64,000 nt of DNA from Candidatus Gottesmanbacteria bacterium (GCA_963701185.1 OY969569.1:731548-795547); one strand, 5' to 3'. Positions 1 through 10,085 are shown, counted from the stretch's first letter. The notes: generated by a model not told the origin, from the letters alone. A program made the numbers and translations.

Positions 1-446
1 TAACCGCGCAACCCGCCGAAATCTACTAAAATACCTCCGCGGACCGGTTCTTTCAGCGTAACTTCAACGACTTCACCGCTCTTTTGCTTTTCATCAAGGG
101 CCGCCCACCGTTTTTCAAAAATACTCCGGCGCAGGGACAAGACGGACTGTCCGCGGTCATTTTCTGCAACGATAACCTGTGCCACCACCGTATCGCCGAC
201 TTTCAGGGCCATAAGCATGTCGCGGTACGTCTCAAGCTCCCGGTCGATAACCACTCCCTCGGTTTTGCCGCCGATATCGATCGTCATTTCTTTCCGGGAT
301 ACACGCGTGATTTTCCCCTCCACAACATCGCCTTTTTTTACGCCTTTGAGGGTATAGGAGGTTTGCGCAAGGAGCTCCTCCATTGTTTGTGGATTTTGCT
401 TGTCCGTCGTAGCTTTAGCGGAGGTGGATTGCTTTTTTGTAGCCAT
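1..446 (-). CDS. rpsA: 30S ribosomal protein S1 (5' part; runs off window start)
   Basis: Manual translation from ATG at 446: MATKKQ...QTMEELL...KKGDVVEGKITRV...TIDIGGKTEGVV, a typical S1 N-terminus; not in the ORF track because it is truncated. Confidence 0.85.
   Translation of the reverse strand, partial: MATKKQSTSAKATTDKQNPQTMEELLAQTSYTLKGVKKGDVVEGKITRVSRKEMTIDIGGKTEGVVIDRELETYRDMLMALKVGDTVVAQVIVAENDRGQSVLSLRRSIFEKRWAALDEKQKSGEVVEVTLKEPVRGGILVDFGGLRG
399..428. repeat. 30-bp palindromic repeat (CGCTAAAGCT core), in frame within rpsA
   Basis: Related copies at 26025-26054 and 28789-28814. Confidence 0.7.
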
Positions 447-532
447 TCATATACCTGCTTTCGTTAGGATACGGGGTATTATACCGGATTTTTCCTGCTG
501 AGACAAGCGTTTGTTATGATACACTTGAAACC

Positions 533-2188
533 ATGAGCCGCAGTGAAAAAACAGTCTTGTCTATCGTTGTCGGACTCAGCCTTCTGGCTACACTTGCCAA
601 TGCCCGGTTCTTCTTCTACGGTCTTTTCCATACACCAAAAGGCATGGTGTATCTGGGATTGATTCATTTTTATGAAGACTATTTTTTCTACCTCAGCCAC
701 TTTACCCAGGGCGCGCATGGTGCATGGCTTGTGGCCAACCGGTTTACCAGTGAAGTCACTCAGCCGGGATTCGTATACTGGACCAATCTCATGATGGGAA
801 AAATCGGCGGGTGGCTAGGGCTCTCTCCCGCGTGGTCCTACAACCTCTGGACGATGGTCATGGTTTTTCTCAATCTTATTCTCTCGTACTTCATCATACG
901 CGTTTTTTTGCCGAAGCGCGCCGTTGCACAACTGACGGCATATGTATTTTCGCTCGTTGCCACCTCTCCCATGAAAATCACTGGGGGGCGTATTGTCTGG
1001 ACTCCCCTCCACGAACAGGAGGCACCGCATTTTGCCTTTGATAGACTCGGCGGAGCGCCGCATCATGCAACCGTAATGTTTCTTTTTTATGTCCTGACGC
1101 TTTTAATCTTTCATACGCCCAAAACGAAACCGGGGCGGATTGCACTGGCTATACTTGACCCCCTCGGTATACTCCTTTTGACAATAACCAACCCCGTCAC
1201 GGCAGCACTGTGGATCGGTTGTGTTTGGACATATGCCGCTGTTGCTGCTGCCGTCAAACACATAAATTTCCTGAAACGATATGCCACGCCCGTTATCCCA
1301 TGGAGGCGTCTTATTATCCTTACTGTCGGGTTTCTTATTGCATTCGCGTACATGAATACCACGCTCAATACGCTCCCCCGGCTCCAGGCAAAATTATGGG
1401 AAGCAGCGCAATCAACGCACCCCGCGATTATGGAATATCTCATCTCAGGAGGACCCCTCTTCTTCCTGGCAGGTATCGGCATCGTGCTATTCTTCATATC
1501 TCCACGGCCCCTCATCCTTTTTGCCGTTCTTCTCGGGCTAGCCTCGCACATCGCGTATTTCTCCCCCCTACCGTCACTCCTAGGCATAATCAACGGCAGA
1601 TTCGTGGCTCCTGCCCTGTATCCGTTTTTGGCGGTTCTTGCCGTCTACGGCATACTCGTCTTCAGTAAATTTCTGGCCTCAATGATACGCGGGCTTCTCC
1701 CTCAGACCATGTGTATCCTCGCCCTTACCGTATTTCTTCTGTACAGCGCCCCTACCATCATGTGGGAGTTCGACAGAAAAATGCCGGCGGATGTCGGCAC
1801 GAATAGTCTTGCGTATATACTCAATTATTTGCCGCAGGATACGTACGACGGCTTCTCATATTTATCGCGGCTGCAGCCGTTTGATGATGTCGTTTTAGGC
1901 TTCCATTACTCCTACACGGATCTCTTTATCCCGGCGCTCACCGGCCACAGCGGATACTCCGGTCACATGCTAGAAACCATCAACGCGGCCGAAAAAGATG
2001 CACGCAATGATTCCTTTTATACCCTAAAAATGTCACCGGAAGCTGCCCGGCTTTGGATGCGGGATAACCGCATACGGTATGTAGTCCTGACGTCGAGGGA
2101 GACAAATAATCAGATCTTTGAAGCGCATTATCCGTTTCTCAGAGAGATCTATCAGACGACAAATATAACAATTTACACGCTGCGGTAA
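533..2188 (+). CDS. Polytopic membrane protein, possibly GT-C-fold glycosyltransferase-like
   Basis: 551 aa, many TM segments, early acidic loop (EDYFFY), soluble C-terminal domain. Confidence 0.55.
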   Translation: MSRSEKTVLSIVVGLSLLATLANARFFFYGLFHTPKGMVYLGLIHFYEDYFFYLSHFTQGAHGAWLVANRFTSEVTQPGFVYWTNLMMGKIGGWLGLSPAWSYNLWTMVMVFLNLILSYFIIRVFLPKRAVAQLTAYVFSLVATSPMKITGGRIVWTPLHEQEAPHFAFDRLGGAPHHATVMFLFYVLTLLIFHTPKTKPGRIALAILDPLGILLLTITNPVTAALWIGCVWTYAAVAAAVKHINFLKRYATPVIPWRRLIILTVGFLIAFAYMNTTLNTLPRLQAKLWEAAQSTHPAIMEYLISGGPLFFLAGIGIVLFFISPRPLILFAVLLGLASHIAYFSPLPSLLGIINGRFVAPALYPFLAVLAVYGILVFSKFLASMIRGLLPQTMCILALTVFLLYSAPTIMWEFDRKMPADVGTNSLAYILNYLPQDTYDGFSYLSRLQPFDDVVLGFHYSYTDLFIPALTGHSGYSGHMLETINAAEKDARNDSFYTLKMSPEAARLWMRDNRIRYVVLTSRETNNQIFEAHYPFLREIYQTTNITIYTLR

Positions 2189-2220
2189 CGGGAGGTCAAG
2201 CGTACATCTCCTCTGTCACC

Positions 2221-2607
2221 TTATACGTGTTCCGCTTTTTCCGCAACCATGGCCTCCGCTTTGGTCTTGTGGATTGTCCCGTCCGGGTGATGGGATGGGG
2301 CATAAATCGTATAGAGTTTCAATGGGTTCGTTGATGACGTATTGATGACGTTATGGTCGCTTCCGGCGGGCACGATAGCCACATCTCCGTCTTTTACGAT
2401 GTGCTCCTCACCGGCAATAATCACTTTCCCCTCCCCGCTCTCAAAACGGAAAAACTGATCATTATCGGGGTGTACCTCCATGCCGATTTCTTCGCTTGGC
2501 GCGAGCGCCATCAAGACCAGCTGGTGATGCGGGCCCGTGTATAAGACGCGGCGGAAAAACGTATTCTCCCGGGTAAGTTCTTCTATGTGACCCGTGTATC
2601 CAATCAT
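2221..2607 (-). CDS. Cupin domain protein
   Basis: EIGMEVHPDNDQFF and VPAGSDHNVIN cupin motifs. Confidence 0.85.
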   Translation of the reverse strand: MIGYTGHIEELTRENTFFRRVLYTGPHHQLVLMALAPSEEIGMEVHPDNDQFFRFESGEGKVIIAGEEHIVKDGDVAIVPAGSDHNVINTSSTNPLKLYTIYAPSHHPDGTIHKTKAEAMVAEKAEHV

Positions 2608-2635
2608 AGGTTTAATCCCCCCTTCTTCTCTAAGA

Positions 2636-3208
2636 TTACCAATTTCCTACTCCGATATCAAACGGGACGGCGGTAGAAAAAATTTTTTCAAATAGGATTT
2701 TTGACCCGACCGGCGCAATCATGCCATCCGTATCGATATACCGTTTGCCCGATCGCCCGACATAGGTGTGGTTCTGAAGCAGCCTCCGGAACCCGAATTC
2801 CTCATAAAACTCCAGCGCCTTCAGGGAATGCGTGTCAGCGCACAGGTATGCCACATCGCAGTGTTTTTTTGCCAGTAAATCCATCCCTCTTCTCACCATG
2901 CGTGTCGCGATCCCCTGTTTCCGTTTATCCGGATGCGTCGCCACACTTCCTATACCGCCCAGCACAATTTTCTGTCCGTTATAGACAATGGTTCTCTTAA
3001 ACACGCGTGTTTCACCAATAAGCCGACCGTTTTCCATCGCCAGAATGTAATAGAGTAAATCTCCACTTGAACAAAACCTGTCATGCCCGTCGGCATGCTG
3101 TTTGTCCGTGGGTTCGCCATGATGGCGAAAGCATAGAAGGTCGAGCTCGGTAACCGAGCGTGCGATAAGAGTCGGAAGAAACGACGGATGGATAGTTAGC
3201 TTAACCAT
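2636..3208 (-). CDS. GNAT acetyltransferase
   Basis: VATHPDKRKQGIA acetyl-CoA motif A and FYEEFGF; start taken at MVKL because the longer ORF runs up to the 5S end. Confidence 0.8.
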   Translation of the reverse strand: MVKLTIHPSFLPTLIARSVTELDLLCFRHHGEPTDKQHADGHDRFCSSGDLLYYILAMENGRLIGETRVFKRTIVYNGQKIVLGGIGSVATHPDKRKQGIATRMVRRGMDLLAKKHCDVAYLCADTHSLKALEFYEEFGFRRLLQNHTYVGRSGKRYIDTDGMIAPVGSKILFEKIFSTAVPFDIGVGNW

Positions 3209-3254
3209 ACAATCCATTGTACTCTTATAGCCATCAAAAAACCGCTCCAAAGTC

Positions 3255-3373
3255 CCCCAGCCTCGACCTATCTTCCCGGTTCCTTGCGAAACAGGTATTG
3301 TCAGCGCTGACGCGTTTCACTTCCGAGTTCGGAATGGGATCGGGTGGGTCCACGTCGCTCAAAAGACTGGAAG
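3255..3373 (-). rRNA. rrf: 5S rRNA
   Basis: Reverse complement contains CCCGATCCCATTCCGAACTCGGAAGTGAAAC; flanked by the inverted repeat ACCGCTCCA/TGGAGCGGT; ends approximate. Confidence 0.93.
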
Positions 3374-3768
3374 ACACTGGAGCGGTTAAGCTCAGTGTCA
3401 GTAGTTGATTCGTAAGGGATAACCCAATGGTTTACCCATACTGCAAAACAATTTGTTGGAATAAAGAACGAAGGATTTCCCTTTGTTCTCCACAACATCG
3501 ATCGATTAGTACGAGTAAGCTAAGCACCTTACGGTGTGTACACTTCTCGCCTATCAAACCCGTATTCTCCGGGTGATCTATAACGATTCTTCATCTTGGG
3601 TTGGGCTTGGTGCTTGAGATGCTTTCAGCACTTATCCCGTCCGGATCTAGCTACCCAACGTTGCCTGTTGTCAGACAATTGGCACACCAGGGATCCGTTC
3701 CTCCCGGTCCTCTCGTACTAGGGAGAACTCCCCTCAAGAATCTAACGCTTGCACAGGATAGAGACCGA

Positions 3769-4074
3769 CAATTGTGTTACCTGCATATCGCTATGCAGTT
3801 CAGACTATATCTTCCCAGCCGTTCGTGAACAGCTGTGGTCTGACGTGTAGTCGTTGAGGTTCCCCCGATATGATCGGGGTTACCTGCTGATTGACTGCAA
3901 TGAACGATTGTCACCTCGACTTTTGGTCGGGGTACGTTCATATACTCAGTGTTTCCAGCAAATAGTCAGATTTATTTTAAGATTTCAAAATATAACAGTT
4001 AATCTCCTTCGATGGGGTTCATATAGAAGTCGGAAATCGGACAGCATATAGCGCGTTCTAATGCGCTAAGTCTC
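3769..4074 (-). ncRNA. Group I intron in 23S after U2604 (E. coli numbering), 306 nt, no ORF
   Basis: Interrupts GAGACAGT|TCGGTC; ends in G; P1 GACAGU/GCUGUC with U.G; P7 strands ACGACTA and TAGTCT. Confidence 0.9.
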
Positions 4075-4110
<36 letters not shown>

Positions 4111-4731
4111 CTTTTAACCGGCGAACAGCCGGACCCTTGGGACCTTCTCCAGCCCCAGGATAGGATGAGCCGACATCGAGGTGCCAAACCGCCTCGTCGA
4201 TATGGACTCTCGGAAGCGATCAGCCTGTTATCCCCAGAGTAGCTTTTATCCGTTAAGCCCGCTACCTCCCACGAGGGTATGCGAGGATCACTAACACCTA
4301 CTTTCGTATCTGCTCGACTTGTACGTCTCGCAGTCAAGCTGGCTTATCGCGTTTGCACGACAAGTCCTGGTTTCCATTCAGGATTAGCCAACCTTTGTAC
4401 GCCTCCGTTACACTTTTGGAGGCAACCTCCCCAGTTAAACTGCCCACCAGACAGTGTTCTTCTCCCGGATTTTTATGCGGGATAAGTAAGATTTCGTCAT
4501 TTCGAAGAGTGGTATTCCATGTTTCGCCCGAAGGCTCCCACCTATGCTCGACAGTTAAAATAACGTCCTCAGTGCCAAGTTACAGTAAAGCTTCACGGGG
4601 TCTTTTTGTCCATGTGTAAGTAGGCCGCATCTTCACAGCCATTTCAATTTCGCCGGGTAACAGTTCAAGACAGTCACTAAGTCGTTCAACCTTTCGTGCG
4701 GGTCGGAACTTGCCCGACAAGGAATTTCGCT

Positions 4732-5204
4732 TATTCGTGTTAACTGCATATCGCTATGCAGATCAGACTATATCTTCCCCGATTTATTCAGGGTTGCACG
4801 TATAGTCGTTGAGGATTTTAATTAATCTTCTTTTTTGAAGAAAGCGCGGAAAAAGTTGTCTTAGCTTGTACTGATAAAACAGTGTGTTAAGGCTCTTTCT
4901 ATATTATGCCTTCCTCAATAAAATGTTATCCAAGAGTTACTTTTTCTAGAAAAAGAATTATTCTTGGGCATAATAAAGAGAACCGCTAAATCAAAATTTG
5001 GTTAACATAACCACCCCCCTTCTGATTTAGATTAATTAGTCTTTCCTGCTGATTGACTCCACTGAGAGGATTTTTACCTTTCGGTACCTTCAGATACAGA
5101 GTGTTTCCAGCATTTAGTACAATTTTTCATACACTCATTTTTCCTTATGCACATGAGTGTTGAGAGGTTTGAATACCTCACTATGGCAGCGACCCACTTC
5201 GTCT
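4732..5204 (-). ncRNA. Group I intron in 23S after U1931, 473 nt, terminal nucleotide A
   Basis: Interrupts CTATGGT|AGCGAAATT; P1 CUAUGGU/GCCAUAG; P10 AGCGA/UCGCU; P7 strands ACGACTA and TAGTCT. Confidence 0.88.
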
Positions 5205-6666
5205 ACCATAGAACAGTTATAGTTACTGCTGCCGTTCACCGGAGCTTAAAAACCAGCCTTCCATCTTGCGAGGTCAGTCAGCCATTTAACTTACCGGCAC
5301 TGGCAGGTGTCAGCCCCTATACGTTGCGTTTCGGCTTTGCAGAGACCTGTGTTTTAGTTAAACAGTCGCTTAATAATCTTTTGTTGAAACCCCGATTTAC
5401 ATCGGGGCAAGGCATCTCCCATAAGTTACGCCTAGTTTTTTTGCCGAGTTCCTTGAACTGCTGTCTCCCGCTCGCCTTGGTATACTCGACCAGCCCACCT
5501 GTGTCGGTTTGCGGTACGGATAAACATATGCTTCTCAACGGAAACTTTTCTCGAAAACAGAACTATCTCTGTTGCCCGGCCTTACGGCGCACGACTTCCC
5601 TACTTCTCAATTAAACGCAATAACGGATTTACCAATTATCACTATTTCGAAGCATTAGATCGGCCAACGAATCAACCGCGAGACCAATCCCCCTTTGTCC
5701 CTCCTTTGAGTCTTAATCAACATACACTTGTAACGGAATATCAACCGTTTATCCATCGAGCTACGCCCCAATATGGCCTCGCCTTAGGTCCGACTAACCC
5801 GAAGTCGACGAACGTTGCTTCGGAAACCTTGGGCATTCGGCATGAAAGATTCTCACTTTCAAACGCTACTCATACCGGCATTCTCACTTCTGTCCGCTCC
5901 AGCTGCCCTTACGGGCTGACCTTCACTGCAGAACAGAACGCTCCCCTACCACTCACTCCCGATAAATCGGAAATAAATTTCAATCTTCGGTAACATACTT
6001 GAGCCTCGATCATTTTCGGCGCCACGGCTTTCGTCCAGTGAGCTGTTACGCTTTCTTTAAAGGATGGCTGCTTCTGAGCCAACTTCCTGGGTGTCTTAAA
6101 ACATGACTTCCTTAACCACTTAGCATATATTTAGAGACCTTAGATGAGAGTCTGGGTTGTTTCCCTTTTGACACACGCGCTTAGCCGTGCATGTCTGACT
6201 GGCCAGGTACATACAAAAGTATTCGGAGTTTGATTGAATGCACGATTCCTTGCGAAACACGTATCATTCAGTGCTCTACCCCTTCATACGAATAACTGAC
6301 CGCTATACCTAAATATATTTCGGGGAGAACCAGCTATCTCCAGGTTCGATTGGCATATTACCCCTAACCACAAGTCATCTCACAGATTTGCAACTCTGAC
6401 GAGTTCGGGCCTCCTCTCGACTTTCGTCGAGATTCACCCTGCTCATGGTTAGCTCACCTGGTTTCGGGTCTACCGACTGCTGCACTATTTCGCCCTATTA
6501 GACTCGCTTTCCCTACGCCTCCCCAACTTGCGTTGGTTAAACTTGCAGTAGATCGATAACTCGCCGGTTCATTCTTCAATAGGCACGACGTCATCCCGAT
6601 AAATCGGGACTTCGTCTGTTTGTTAGCAGACAATTTCAGGTACTATTTCATTCCCCTTCCGGGGTG

Positions 6667-6705
<39 letters not shown>

Positions 6706-6918
6706 GTATTCATGTATTTAGCCTTGGATCGTGGTCGACCCGGATTCCCACAGACCCTTCGTGCTCCATGGTACTTAGGAACCATTAGAGGAAATTGTCA
6801 GTTTCGAATACAGGCTTTCACTCTCTCTGGTCGCCTATTCCGAGGCGTTCTTCTATCAACAATTTCATCCCATATCACTGGCCCTGCAACCCCAACCCTT
6901 GCGGATTGGTTTAGGCTG

Positions 6919-6950
<32 letters not shown>

Positions 6951-7438
6951 TCTATTGATTTATTTTCCTCACCTTACTTAGATGTTTCAGTTCAGATGGT
7001 ATCCCACGCAACACTATGATCATCTTTCGATAATTTTTATGTTGCGCTCCCCCTTGCGGGGTGGGTTGCCCCATTCGGAAACCGCCGGATCGGAGGATTA
7101 TGGCTCCTCCCCGACGAATATCGCTGCTATATGCGTCCTTCCTCGGCATGAATACCCTGGGCATCCATTGTCAACTTGTAGCGTTGCAGAGAACAAAGGA
7201 GGCATCCGCCAGCTGGCGGATACACGCCTTGTTCTTTCTCCAACAAAATTGATTTGCAAGTAAGAAATAACCCTTTATGATTACCCCTTACGATGCAACT
7301 ACTTGTTAATTTACTTTCTTTCCATAATAGGAATTGCACCTACGCTATGGAAAAAGTCGTTACGATTTTAATGAGCGACTCGCGCTCTTGACGCGAGAAT
7401 AATCTCGATTTTATCGGGACTAATCTCGAAACAAGAGC

Positions 7439-7514
7439 TGGTGGACCTGACCGGATTCGAACCGGTGACCTCAGCATTGCAAATGCTGCGCTCTACCAGC
7501 TAAGCTACAGGCCC
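7439..7514 (-). tRNA. tRNA-Ala(TGC)
   Basis: Full cloverleaf, anticodon TGC, G3.U70, encoded CCA. Confidence 0.97.
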
Positions 7515-7525
7515 GGTCATGTCAA

Positions 7526-7552
7526 TAAAAAACCCCGCCTTTGATGCGGGGC
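7526..7552 (-). terminator. Intrinsic-terminator-like hairpin just upstream of tRNA-Ala
   Basis: GCCCCGC-atcaaag-GCGGGGT followed by a T run on the minus strand. Confidence 0.6.
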
Positions 7553-7673
7553 TACATTCACTCATTCGAGGCGACTACACACGCAAACACTGCCAAATTT
7601 GGTTTCGGTTTGAATATGGTTGGTTACGTCTCATGAATTGAAATATCGGCCTTGCATCTAAGGGCAAATATGA

Positions 7674-7702
7674 ATTATAACCAGCTTAGCTTCGCTTGTC
7701 AA
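7674..7702 (-). promoter_or_regulatory. Consensus sigma70 promoter for the tRNA-Ala/23S/5S unit
   Basis: TTGACA-17 nt-TATAAT on the minus strand. Confidence 0.85.
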
Positions 7703-8043
7703 CCAGTTATTTCCCCAGCCTGTCTGCCTCGATAAAAATCGCTGAATGCTTTCAGTAGTTGATCACTATTAAGCTTCATTGCAGCAACAATAAAGGGTTC
7801 TAACTTTTCCAAAGAGAGCATCTTCCCCTCAGTTCGAAGTTCGTGCATTCTATCAAACATCTGAATATCCAATCTTATACGATCAGCCGTATCTGTTGTT
7901 GCGGATTTGGTTTCGGAATACCTCCTTGAAAATTCTGGGTCTGCAAATTGCAAATCTGTTCTTATTAAACCTTCAATAACGACGGTCCTCTTTCTGGATT
8001 CTGGTAGCGCTTCCCAAGCTGTTTGCGTGAGACTTTCAGTCAT
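7699..8043 (-). CDS. Hypothetical protein
   Basis: 114-aa ORF filling the intergenic space; no motif recognised. Confidence 0.5.
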   Translation of the reverse strand: MTESLTQTAWEALPESRKRTVVIEGLIRTDLQFADPEFSRRYSETKSATTDTADRIRLDIQMFDRMHELRTEGKMLSLEKLEPFIVAAMKLNSDQLLKAFSDFYRGRQAGEITG

Positions 8044-8109
8044 AAAATACTCCTTTGGTGACTTATAGTACACTCTCTCCCTGAAAAATGCAAATTGGAT
8101 CGTATGGAC

Positions 8110-9345
8110 CTACTTCATTGCTTTGAGGATACGGGTGAGGGCGAGGTAGAAGGCAGCAGTGCGCAAATCTGTTTTGTGCTTTTTTGCGGCCAGCCAGACG
8201 TTAGTCGCTTCTTTCTTCATCTTGGTTTTCAGCTTCCGGTTCACAACCTCTTTCGTCCAGTGCTGGCCCTTGAGATTCTGTTCCCATTCAAAACAGGAGA
8301 CGGACACGCCGCCGGAATTGGAGAGTACGTCGGGAATGACGGGAATTCCGCGCTTATATAATATAGTATCCCCTTCCGGCGCCGTCGGGCCGTTGGCCAT
8401 CTCCAAAACGACTTTTGCCTTGACCTTCGACGCGTTGGCGCCCGTTAATACGTTTTCCAATGCGGAGGGCACGAGTATATCAACAGGTAATTCCAAAAGT
8501 TCTGCGTTTGTGATCGTCTTCCCTCCGTTGAGATACCCATGTTTCTTTTTGCTTTCGAGAGTCAGCTCCGGATTTAGCCCTTCCGGCACGTAAATACCGC
8601 CTTTGCTATCCGATACTGCAACCACCTTAATACCCGCTTCGTCCAAAAACTTTGCCACGTTATACCCGACATTCCCGAACCCCTGCACGGCGGCGGTTAA
8701 CTGTTTTCCCGCTAGTTTATGGTGCTTTAGGATGGTTTGCAAAACATACAGTCCCCCCAACCCCGTTGCCTCTGCTCTCCCTTCCGAGCCGCCGTCTTTA
8801 ATGAGTTTTCCGGTAAATGTGGCGCGGAGTTTTTTGTCTTTCGATTTCCGCATCTTCATAAACTCATCCAGCATCCATCCCATGATGACGCCGTTGGTGT
8901 TGACGTCCGGTGCCGGCACATCTAATCGCGGTCCGATGCACTCCCATATTGCCCGTACATATGCGCGCGAAAGACGTTCCAGTTCTTTTTCAGACAAGGT
9001 TTTGGGATCCACGATGATGCCGCCCTTACCGCCGCCCATGGGGAGATTGGCAACCGAACACTTAATGGTCATCCAAAATGACAGAGCTTTGACCTCATCA
9101 AGGTTCACGTCACGGTGATACCGGATGCCGCCTTTGTACGGGCCGCACGCATTATTAAACTGCACGCGGTATCCCTGGAATATTTTGGTTGACCCGTCAT
9201 CCAGTCTCACCGGAATCGTGACAGTAATAATCCGCTGCGGTTGGGAAAGAAGGGTAAGAAGAAGCGTTGAATCTTTTTTAGGAAATAACTTGGCTGCTTT
9301 TGCAAGTTGCGCCATTGCACTTTCAAACGGGTTGATGTGTTGCAT
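8110..9345 (-). CDS. gdhA: Glu/Leu/Phe/Val dehydrogenase (glutamate dehydrogenase)
   Basis: GPYKGGIRY, GGGKGG, VPAPD, QGFGNVG, EMANGP motifs. Confidence 0.92.
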   Translation of the reverse strand: MQHINPFESAMAQLAKAAKLFPKKDSTLLLTLLSQPQRIITVTIPVRLDDGSTKIFQGYRVQFNNACGPYKGGIRYHRDVNLDEVKALSFWMTIKCSVANLPMGGGKGGIIVDPKTLSEKELERLSRAYVRAIWECIGPRLDVPAPDVNTNGVIMGWMLDEFMKMRKSKDKKLRATFTGKLIKDGGSEGRAEATGLGGLYVLQTILKHHKLAGKQLTAAVQGFGNVGYNVAKFLDEAGIKVVAVSDSKGGIYVPEGLNPELTLESKKKHGYLNGGKTITNAELLELPVDILVPSALENVLTGANASKVKAKVVLEMANGPTAPEGDTILYKRGIPVIPDVLSNSGGVSVSCFEWEQNLKGQHWTKEVVNRKLKTKMKKEATNVWLAAKKHKTDLRTAAFYLALTRILKAMK

Positions 9346-9390
9346 AAGCACCGAGTATACGCTACGGAAAAAAATTTTCAAGAAGGAAAA

Positions 9391-9801
9391 TCAGATATGT
9401 ATTATATGGCCTAAATGTTTTGCTTTATGATAATACTCGCCGTCTGCCGTGAGATACTCACTATTCCGGGCAATCGCCAGGATATGATAGGACGCATCGT
9501 ATACCGTTGTACCGCACATATAGGCTACAGAAAGCGATTTTCGAATTTGAATTTGTGTTAAAGGAATAATATCTATGGGTAATTTTTGAAATTGTCCCAG
9601 CACGTCATCCGCAAGAGTTGGATCCTTGAGCGTAAACCGAAGACCGTTTCCCGCTTCTAACGGTAAAAGACTGGTCGACAAAATCTTCACCTTTCGCTTC
9701 TTTGCATTCCGCAAAAGTACAGTCACAGTTTCCACAATCTGTGGATGATCTTCCAACAAAAATCGGAGAATAATCGAGGCGTCGATGACGACTGTTTTCA
9801 T
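9391..9801 (-). CDS. PIN-domain (VapC) toxin
   Basis: VIDAS, E, YDASY, LTAD acidic PIN tetrad. Confidence 0.85.
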   Translation of the reverse strand: MKTVVIDASIILRFLLEDHPQIVETVTVLLRNAKKRKVKILSTSLLPLEAGNGLRFTLKDPTLADDVLGQFQKLPIDIIPLTQIQIRKSLSVAYMCGTTVYDASYHILAIARNSEYLTADGEYYHKAKHLGHIIHI

Positions 9802-10031
9802 AGCCTTCCCTGTCCGATCGCCTCTTTGAGAGCTTGCCCTGTCACTTTAGGCAAACGCCGCCGGAGTGCGATAAACGCTTCCACGCTATCACCAGCGCTC
9901 ACATCCAGTAGTTTTTCCTCCACGGCGCTTGCAATAAAGCTGCTCACTTCCCGCTTCCCGAGTTGAGCCGACAACTGTCTGTAGATGTAGCTGGGCATAC
10001 TGATGCTGAATTTGCTTACAGTATTACTCAT
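9798..10031 (-). CDS. Ribbon-helix-helix antitoxin (VapB-like)
   Basis: FSISMP...VSSFIASAV; overlaps the toxin start by 4 nt. Confidence 0.7.
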   Translation of the reverse strand: MSNTVSKFSISMPSYIYRQLSAQLGKREVSSFIASAVEEKLLDVSAGDSVEAFIALRRRLPKVTGQALKEAIGQGRL

Positions 10032-10085
10032 AGTATGAATTACAGTACTACTTATTATTGAAATTGTCAAGCGCGGCGCTACTGA

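Noticed and set aside
84-467. 127-aa plus-strand ORF
   Set aside because: Antisense to the clear S1 reading frame.
4815-5042. Intact homing endonuclease in the 23S introns
   Set aside because: No ORF of 60 aa or more in the L1931 insert, and no LAGLIDADG, GIY-YIG or HNH motif seen in either intron.
4729-5204. Alternative intron register ending in G (exon GGUAG | ...AAG)
   Set aside because: It would put G rather than U at the 5' splice site and contradicts the P1 wobble and P10 pairing; kept only as the refuting alternative.
7515-7668. T-box upstream of tRNA-Ala
   Set aside because: No UGGU-bulged antiterminator overlapping the terminator was found.
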